From assembly GCA_027067855.1 (NCBI GenBank), contig JAMOUX010000025.1, forward strand, positions 11,228 to 75,227: a stretch of DNA of 64,000 bases, read 5' to 3'. This document shows positions 57,857 through 64,000 of this stretch, in pieces; the stretch's first letter is position 1; each line of letters opens with the position of its first letter. The stretch is from Candidatus Fermentibacteraceae bacterium (lineage in GTDB: Bacteria > Fermentibacterota > Fermentibacteria > Fermentibacterales > JCC-6). The notes beneath the pieces are model-generated. The model did no database searches and was not told the DNA's origin. It saw only the letters and a list, made by a program, of their open reading frames with translations. The position numbers and the translations under genes are program-made.

Positions 57857-59174
57857 TTCCGACGGCCTTATGAAAAAACTCGTTTCGCTCTGCAAAAGAA
57901 GAGGATACGTTTTCCCGTCCGGTGAAATATACGGGGGATTGCAGTCTTCCTGGGACTACGGTCCCCTGGGCGTGGAACTCAAGAGGAACATAGAGTCCAA
58001 GTGGTGGGAATATATGGTCTCCACCAGGTCGAACGTAACGGGCATGGATACCGCCATCATTACCCATCCCCGGGTCTGGGAAGCCTCGGGGCACCTAGAG
58101 CACTTCCACGATCCCCTGGTGGACTGCCTGAAATGCAAAAGCAGGTTCAGGCAGGACCATGTCCGGGGAAACGTGTGTCCCGACTGCGGGGGGGAGCTGA
58201 CCGAACCCAGGGATTTCGGCCTGATGTTCAAGACATCCGTCGGAGCCGTGGAGGATGATTCGTCCATCGTATACTTAAGGCCGGAGACCTGCCAGTCCAT
58301 CTTTGTCAATTTCCGGAACGTCGTGACCGCTACCAGGATGAAGCTTCCCTTCGGTATAGCGCAGACCGGCAAGGCTTTCAGAAACGAGATAACGGCGAGA
58401 AACTTCGTCTTCAGATCCAGAGAATTCGAGCAGATGGAGATGGAGTTCTTCTGTCGTCCCGGGGAAGCCGACCGGTGGTTCGACTATTGGACGGAAGAGA
58501 GACTGCGGTGGTACGCGGAACTGGGGATACGGGAGGAAAATCTCCGGATCCGCAGGCACGAGGAATCGGAACTGGCCCACTACGCCAAAGCGTGCGTGGA
58601 CATCGAGTACACTTTCCCCTTCACCGGCGATGGTTGGGGAGAACTTGAGGGTATCGCCAACAGGACGGACTACGATCTGAGAGCACACATGAACGCCAGC
58701 GGGCAGGATCTCTCTTTCCATGACCAGGCATCCAACGAGAAAATCGTTCCCTGGGTGGTTGAAACCAGCGGCGGCATAGGCAGAACCTTCCTGGCCGTCC
58801 TGTTGGACGCCTACCGGGAAGAAACGGTGGAAGGAAGGGAGAGGGTCGTGCTCGGCCTTCACAGGGACCTGGCTCCCATCAAGGTAGCGGTGCTGCCACT
58901 GTCCCGGAAACTTTCGGAACAGGCGGAAGAGGTGTTCCGCATGGTAAGTCCCCACTTCCCGGCGACCTTCGACGTGACCGGATCCATAGGCAAACGCTAT
59001 CGCAGGATGGACGAGGCCGGAACCCCGTTCTGCGTCACCTTGGACTTCGATTCCCTGGAAGACGGCGCGGTGACAATCAGGGAAAGAGATTCACTGGATC
59101 AGGTCAGGGTTCCCATCAGTACCCTGGTGGAAAAGCTGACGAAGATAATGGAACGAGGCTGGCCGGAAGGGTGA
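57846..59174 (+). CDS. glyS: Glycine--tRNA ligase (homodimeric type)
   Basis: EIYGG, DYGPLG, YLRPET, FRNEI, REFEQME, ELEGIANR, SIGKRYRR. Confidence 0.96.
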   Translation: MTADSDGLMKKLVSLCKRRGYVFPSGEIYGGLQSSWDYGPLGVELKRNIESKWWEYMVSTRSNVTGMDTAIITHPRVWEASGHLEHFHDPLVDCLKCKSRFRQDHVRGNVCPDCGGELTEPRDFGLMFKTSVGAVEDDSSIVYLRPETCQSIFVNFRNVVTATRMKLPFGIAQTGKAFRNEITARNFVFRSREFEQMEMEFFCRPGEADRWFDYWTEERLRWYAELGIREENLRIRRHEESELAHYAKACVDIEYTFPFTGDGWGELEGIANRTDYDLRAHMNASGQDLSFHDQASNEKIVPWVVETSGGIGRTFLAVLLDAYREETVEGRERVVLGLHRDLAPIKVAVLPLSRKLSEQAEEVFRMVSPHFPATFDVTGSIGKRYRRMDEAGTPFCVTLDFDSLEDGAVTIRERDSLDQVRVPISTLVEKLTKIMERGWPEG

Positions 59175-59194
59175 GGGGTCACTTTCTTTCAACC

Positions 59195-59986
59195 TCAGAC
59201 GACGTCCCGGTCGGCACCATAACTGCAGATCAGGTCCAGCATTCCGGGAACGCCCGCCGGGGAATATTCCGGTTCCAGGTGATCCGGGGACAGGCCGCGG
59301 ACCCGCAACAGCGCCTCGGCATAGGCCGCCCTGGTCCTCGCATATCTGCCCGAAGCCGTCACCAACCCGGTGATGCCCCGGGAAAGCAGGTCGGGAAGCA
59401 GGTCCACCAGCCATGAAATCGGCGTGTGATTCCTCCAACTGTCCACCCATACCTTTTTCACTTTCCCGGAGAGAATATCCTGGGAAAACGTTGTTTTCGG
59501 AGACGACACCTCGCCGCAAAGCACCGAAGTCCTGACCACCAGCGCCCCGGGGTGAAGGCGCGTCACGAAACGGTCGGCCAGCAGCTTGGTCCAACCATAA
59601 AACGACAGGGGCACCGCCGGTGAACCCTCGTTGTAGGGAGGATTACCGCCGCTATACACCAGGTCCGTCGAAAAATGCAACAGGGGAACTTTCCTCTTTC
59701 CGCATTCCACGGCCAACAGAGCGGGCCACAGGGTATTGACGGTAAAGGCTTCCCGGGGCTTTCGGGAACATTCGCTTCTCGATGACATGGCCGCGGCGTT
59801 GACCACCATGTCGAAATCCGTATCCGGTATCTTCCGCCTGTCTTCCCGTTTACGGATATCGAAACGTCGATCGCCGCTTCCCGCGCCCGTCACGGTAACG
59901 ATGTTCCATTTCCCTGCAAGCCTCCCGGCGATCGTCGACCCAAGCCTTCCCGAGGCCCCGATCAAGAGGACCTTCGGTTCGTTCAA
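59195..59986 (-). CDS. RmlD-like SDR oxidoreductase
   Basis: GASGRLG, NAAA, HFSTDLVY, YGWTK. Confidence 0.82.
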   Translation of the reverse strand: MNEPKVLLIGASGRLGSTIAGRLAGKWNIVTVTGAGSGDRRFDIRKREDRRKIPDTDFDMVVNAAAMSSRSECSRKPREAFTVNTLWPALLAVECGKRKVPLLHFSTDLVYSGGNPPYNEGSPAVPLSFYGWTKLLADRFVTRLHPGALVVRTSVLCGEVSSPKTTFSQDILSGKVKKVWVDSWRNHTPISWLVDLLPDLLSRGITGLVTASGRYARTRAAYAEALLRVRGLSPDHLEPEYSPAGVPGMLDLICSYGADRDVV

Positions 59987-60412
59987 TCAGTCCGTCCTTC
60001 CGCCCGGAACCCTGACAAAGGTACCCCGTGCCTCCGCCTTTTTCTCCCCGTCCTGCAGAACCCGGGCTTCAAGCCTGACCAGCCGCCCGGGGGTTTCCAC
60101 CACTCCGGCCCTCACCTCCACCGGCCTGCCGGTGACCACGGGTTTCCTGAACCTCACCGTTATTTCCACCGTGGCGCAGAAGCCCGCTATGCTCATGGCG
60201 GCGTAGGCCATGGCCTCATCCATGAGAGTGGAAAGGAGTCCGCCGTGCACGACGCCCAGATAACCCTGGTGCCGCTTGTCGGGAACCCACTTGATGAAAC
60301 CTTCTCCGTCCTTACCTTCGGGTTTCAGCCTGAGACCGAAATCGTTCCTCTCGCCGCATACGAAGCAGTGCCGGTCGTCGTTGAACTCTTCCCGGCTGTT
60401 TCGCCCGTCCAT
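59987..60412 (-). CDS. PaaI-family thioesterase
   Basis: CFVCG..N..GL, HQGY.GVVHGG, MDEAM, RFRKPV. Confidence 0.9.
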   Translation of the reverse strand: MDGRNSREEFNDDRHCFVCGERNDFGLRLKPEGKDGEGFIKWVPDKRHQGYLGVVHGGLLSTLMDEAMAYAAMSIAGFCATVEITVRFRKPVVTGRPVEVRAGVVETPGRLVRLEARVLQDGEKKAEARGTFVRVPGGRTD

Positions 60413-60414
60413 TT

Positions 60415-61503
60415 TTACAGGAACTCCCCGGACTTCGATACCAGGTACTCAAAGATACCGTCGGTGCCCACCACTATGCTGGTGGAATCTCTCGTTATCT
60501 CTTTCAGGGTTTCCAGGGACTTTACGAATTCGTAGAAATCGGGGTAGCCGCTGTACGCCTTCGCGTATATGGCTGCGGCGGTGCTGTCCGCCTTACCCCG
60601 TATGGTGAGCGCCGTACGTTGGGCCGCGGCCCTTATCGAATCCACCTGCAAATCCGTGTTGGCGATTATCACGTCGGACATCCGTCGACCCTCGGCCCTG
60701 TACCTGTTGGAAATCCTATTGCGCTCCGCCTGCATCCTGGCGAAGACAGCAGCCTGGTTCTCCTCGGGAAGATCCGCCCGCTTGATCCTCACATCTATTA
60801 TGTAGATGCCGTATTCGGCGGCCATTCTCCTGCTGGTGGCGGCCACTCTCTCCAGTATGTTCATTCTTCCCTGGCCCGGTGGCATCCTCACCATTCTTAT
60901 GGTCTCCGCTATTTCCCCGGCGGCATCTATCTCTATCTCCTCCAGGGTGTCCGAATACGTGACGTTATTCACGAGCCTGACGTAGTCACCGATACCGATG
61001 GGGTCGTTGGTGCTTCTCACGATCTGTATCAGCGTACTCTTACCCAGCTCCTGGCGTATCGTCGAGTAGATGATGTCGTCCAGCCTGCTGAGAGCCGCCG
61101 TCTCGGCTCTCACGCTGGTGAGGAACAGCAGGGGATTGTTTATTCTCCACCTCGCGTAGCAATCCACTTTTATGTGTTTCTTGTCTTTTGTAACCACGTC
61201 GGCCGGGGGATCGTCGTATTCCAGTATCCTGTCGTCGAATATCCTCACCTGCTGCAGGAACGGAATTTTGAAATAAAGGCCGGCGCCCTGGCTCAGGGCC
61301 ACTCCCGGCGAGTTCTCATGCATCCACTCTTTCAGTTCGGCCAGTTTCCCGGGTTCCCTTCCACCGACTATCACACGTACCGGATCGCCGAACTGCAGTA
61401 TGACCGCCTGCTGCGTCTCGGTCACCACGAAGAAAGCTCCGAAAACAACCAGCAGCGCAAATATCACCACGAGACCGGTTATCAACATTCTGAGCTTTCT
61501 CAT
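60415..61503 (-). CDS. hflC: Protease modulator HflC
   Basis: N-terminal TM, QFG, GLYFKIPF, TKDKK, DVRIKRADLP, RMQAER, FYEF. Confidence 0.93.
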   Translation of the reverse strand: MRKLRMLITGLVVIFALLVVFGAFFVVTETQQAVILQFGDPVRVIVGGREPGKLAELKEWMHENSPGVALSQGAGLYFKIPFLQQVRIFDDRILEYDDPPADVVTKDKKHIKVDCYARWRINNPLLFLTSVRAETAALSRLDDIIYSTIRQELGKSTLIQIVRSTNDPIGIGDYVRLVNNVTYSDTLEEIEIDAAGEIAETIRMVRMPPGQGRMNILERVAATSRRMAAEYGIYIIDVRIKRADLPEENQAAVFARMQAERNRISNRYRAEGRRMSDVIIANTDLQVDSIRAAAQRTALTIRGKADSTAAAIYAKAYSGYPDFYEFVKSLETLKEITRDSTSIVVGTDGIFEYLVSKSGEFL

Positions 61504-62492
61504 CGCGCACCTCCCCCCAGGCCGTAATGGGTCAGGGCGCCGGCGGATTCATCCACCACCATGATCCTGACTCCCGCAAGTATCTCCGAGATCGTTTCCA
61601 TGTGGAGCCTTACCGCCGTGACTCCCGGGTTCTTCCCGTATTCCTGGGCCAGGGCGGTGAACCTTTCCGCCTCACCCATGGCGGTGTTCACTCGCAGGGC
61701 GCTGTAACCCAGGGCGGAATTCACCATTTCCACGGAATCGGCCCTTGCCTGTGGTATCTGCTGGTTCCTGTAACTCTCGGCCTCGTTTATGTAGGCCTGC
61801 ATGTCTTCCCTGGCCGTGGCCACGTCCTTGAAGGCGGCGAACACCGGGGCCGGGGGCTGCACGTCCATGAGCTGGACCGCCACGGTTCTCACACCCAGGT
61901 CGTACTGGTCGGCCAATTCCTGTATCATGTCCATTATCCTGGTCTGGACCTCGAGTTTTCCGGTGGTGAGAACCGCATCTATGGCGTTGTCGCCTACCAC
62001 GAGCCTGGTACTCGCCTCGGCGATGTCCTTGAGGGTTCCCTTCTGGTCCCTGACGTTGAACAGCCAGGCTACCGGATCGCTTATTTTGTACTGCACAATG
62101 ATAGCCACGTTTATGATGTTCTCATCCCCGGTGAGCATCTGGGCTTCCGTCAGCATGCTCTTGTCGTTAGTGAAACTTATATAGGTGGGCGGGTTCTCGG
62201 TCACCGTCCTGAATCCTATCTCTATCCTTTCTATGACGTCCACTGCGGGCTTGTAGACCACCTGGATCGGCCAAGGCAGTTTGAAATGCAGCCCCGGAGC
62301 GGTAGTCGACGTGTACCGTCCGAAAGTCAGCACCACCCCGGCTTCCTCAGGATCGACCACGTAGAGCGGCCCTCCCAGGAGGAACCAGAGGACGACTACA
62401 AGAACCAGGAAACCCACCTTGAACTTCTTCGGAATCAGGGGGCCGGTTCTCAATATTCTCATCTCTCCATCCTTCCTTGTGACCCGGTTCAC
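61500..62492 (-). CDS. hflK: Protease modulator HflK
   Basis: GVVLTFG, PGLHFK, MLTGDEN, VQPP, AFKDV, GEAERF; alternative start ATG 62462. Confidence 0.93.
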   Translation of the reverse strand: MNRVTRKDGEMRILRTGPLIPKKFKVGFLVLVVVLWFLLGGPLYVVDPEEAGVVLTFGRYTSTTAPGLHFKLPWPIQVVYKPAVDVIERIEIGFRTVTENPPTYISFTNDKSMLTEAQMLTGDENIINVAIIVQYKISDPVAWLFNVRDQKGTLKDIAEASTRLVVGDNAIDAVLTTGKLEVQTRIMDMIQELADQYDLGVRTVAVQLMDVQPPAPVFAAFKDVATAREDMQAYINEAESYRNQQIPQARADSVEMVNSALGYSALRVNTAMGEAERFTALAQEYGKNPGVTAVRLHMETISEILAGVRIMVVDESAGALTHYGLGGGAR

Positions 62493-63841
62493 ATCTCCTT
62501 CAATTTCCTTTGCAGAGTCCTTCTGCCTATTCCCAGAAGTTCCGCCGTCCTGGTCCTGTTTCCTCCCGTTATCTCCAGGGTCTTGAGAATCACCTGCTTC
62601 TCCAGTTCATCCAGGGTAAGCGGAAGCTCCAGCGTTATCGCGGTCGAATCACCCCCGGAAGGCAGGCCTGCTATCTCCCCGGGAAGATCATCCACGTCTA
62701 TCACCGTGCCCGCGATTATCAGCAGGCTTTCCATCAGGTTCTTCAGCTGCCTCACATTCCCGGGCCAGTTGTACGAAATCAGCTTAGCCAGGGCTTCGGG
62801 CGTCAGTTCCGGCATGGGCAGGTTGTGTTTCTCCGACGCCTGCCTAAGGAAGAACATGGCAAGTATGGGAATATCCTTCCTCCTGTTCCTGAGGGGAGGG
62901 ATGTGTATCTCCACAACCTTGAGCCTGTAGTAAAGGTCTTCCCGGAACGTCCCCCTTTTCACAGCCGCTTTCAGGTCCCTGTTGGTCGCCGCGATGAGTC
63001 GCACGTTCACCGGTCTCGGCTGATTGCCGCCGAGCCTAGTCACCACGTTTTCCTCCAGGATTCTAAGCAATTTAACTTGTATCTCCAGGGGAATTTCGCC
63101 TATTTCGTCCAGGAGAAGGGTACCGCCTTCCGCAGCTTCGAATTTTCCTTTCCTTGCGATATCCGCACCGGTGTAAGCTCCCCTTTCGTGACCGAAAAGT
63201 TCGTCCTCCAGCAGGGTGGCGGGTATCGCAGCGCAATTCAGGGCCACGAAGGGACCGCCTCTGCCGCTCATGGTGTGTATCTGCCTGGCCAATACATCTT
63301 TGCCCGTACCACTCTCTCCGGTCACGAGCACCGTGGCTTTCAGAGGAGCCACCTTCCGGGCCTTGAACACCACTTCTCCCATGATCTTGCTTCTGTACAG
63401 GAGCTGGGGAATATCATGGGTCTGCGACATTTCCAGGCTGACCCTTCTCTCATGCACCCTGATGGAATGGGAAAAGGCCCGCCTTATGGCGGATTTCACC
63501 GTTTCCAGGTCATCGTAGCGCAAAACGACGTCCGCCGCTCCGGATTTCATCCACGCAACGGCGTCTTCGGTATCTATTCCCTTGCCGTACACCACGGTCC
63601 CGGTTGGAATGTTGGACTCACGCAGGTTCTCCAGGAAAACCGAAATCTGCATGTCACCTATGGTGGACGACAGCATTATCGCGTTGACCGACCGGTGTCT
63701 CATCTTCCGTATGGCCTGCCGGGCACTGTCCAGCACCTGAGCATCGTACCCGATGGAGGAGACCAGGTTTTTCATCCTCCCGCCTCTCTCCGGGTTCTCG
63801 TCGGCAATGAGTACCGTTCCTTTCCCAAGCGCCGTTATCAT
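62489..63841 (-). CDS. Sigma54-dependent activator with degenerate receiver domain
   Basis: [47 protein letters not shown], Fis HTH. Confidence 0.92.
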   Translation of the reverse strand: MITALGKGTVLIADENPERGGRMKNLVSSIGYDAQVLDSARQAIRKMRHRSVNAIMLSSTIGDMQISVFLENLRESNIPTGTVVYGKGIDTEDAVAWMKSGAADVVLRYDDLETVKSAIRRAFSHSIRVHERRVSLEMSQTHDIPQLLYRSKIMGEVVFKARKVAPLKATVLVTGESGTGKDVLARQIHTMSGRGGPFVALNCAAIPATLLEDELFGHERGAYTGADIARKGKFEAAEGGTLLLDEIGEIPLEIQVKLLRILEENVVTRLGGNQPRPVNVRLIAATNRDLKAAVKRGTFREDLYYRLKVVEIHIPPLRNRRKDIPILAMFFLRQASEKHNLPMPELTPEALAKLISYNWPGNVRQLKNLMESLLIIAGTVIDVDDLPGEIAGLPSGGDSTAITLELPLTLDELEKQVILKTLEITGGNRTRTAELLGIGRRTLQRKLKEM

Positions 63842-63999
63842 TTACCGGCACCGTCCTTCCTGAGCAAAAAGGGCGGCATGATCAGCACGTCTATCCCAGT
63901 GCCGTAAAAGCATCTGATGGCATCCACCGGAGTATCGACTATGGGTTCGCCCCTGACGTTGAACGAAGTGTTGAGCACCACCGGGACTCCCGTCTTATC
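63838..63999 (-). CDS. Carbamoyltransferase (NodU/CmcH family) C-terminus, 5'-truncated
   Basis: Hand translation KTGVPVVLNTSFNVRGEPIVDTPVDAIRCF...; TGA overlaps the next ATG. Confidence 0.9.
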   Translation of the reverse strand, partial: DKTGVPVVLNTSFNVRGEPIVDTPVDAIRCFYGTGIDVLIMPPFLLRKDGAGK

Positions 64000-64000
64000 A

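Overview
A 64 kb, GC-rich, gene-dense housekeeping region from a probably anaerobic diderm bacterium. Lipoproteins, an OmpA protein and secreted proteases with T9SS-like C-terminal domains suggest an FCB-superphylum lineage, which is an inference. It encodes AddAB-type repair enzymes, corA, a split preQ1 biosynthesis cluster (queC-queE-queD-folE2 facing TPR-queF) around a TPP-riboswitch-controlled thi4, and pyk converging on a sucC-sucD-fumarase(alpha/beta)-malic enzyme-ACT operon. It also has gltX with tRNA-Glu(CTC), two clan CD cysteine proteases (C25, C13), rnd/nth, rho-rpmE-DUF1385-prfA-prmC-ispG-glnA, phoH-HD/7TM-ybeY-CBS-recO-glyS and hflKC. I found no CRISPR array, prophage, IS or defence island, and no clearly new multi-gene system. 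The best leads are: a small coiled-coil lipoprotein + coiled-coil/2xLysM operon (possible envelope tether); a protein with tandem pilin-like Cys3His modules; a stand-alone aspartokinase-beta-like ACT protein in the C4-dicarboxylate operon; probable non-canonical ATA (recO) and CTG (TPR gene) starts; a Thi4 with Met at the Cys/His site; and a structured intergenic segment upstream of DUF1015. All product calls are from motif recognition, without database searches.
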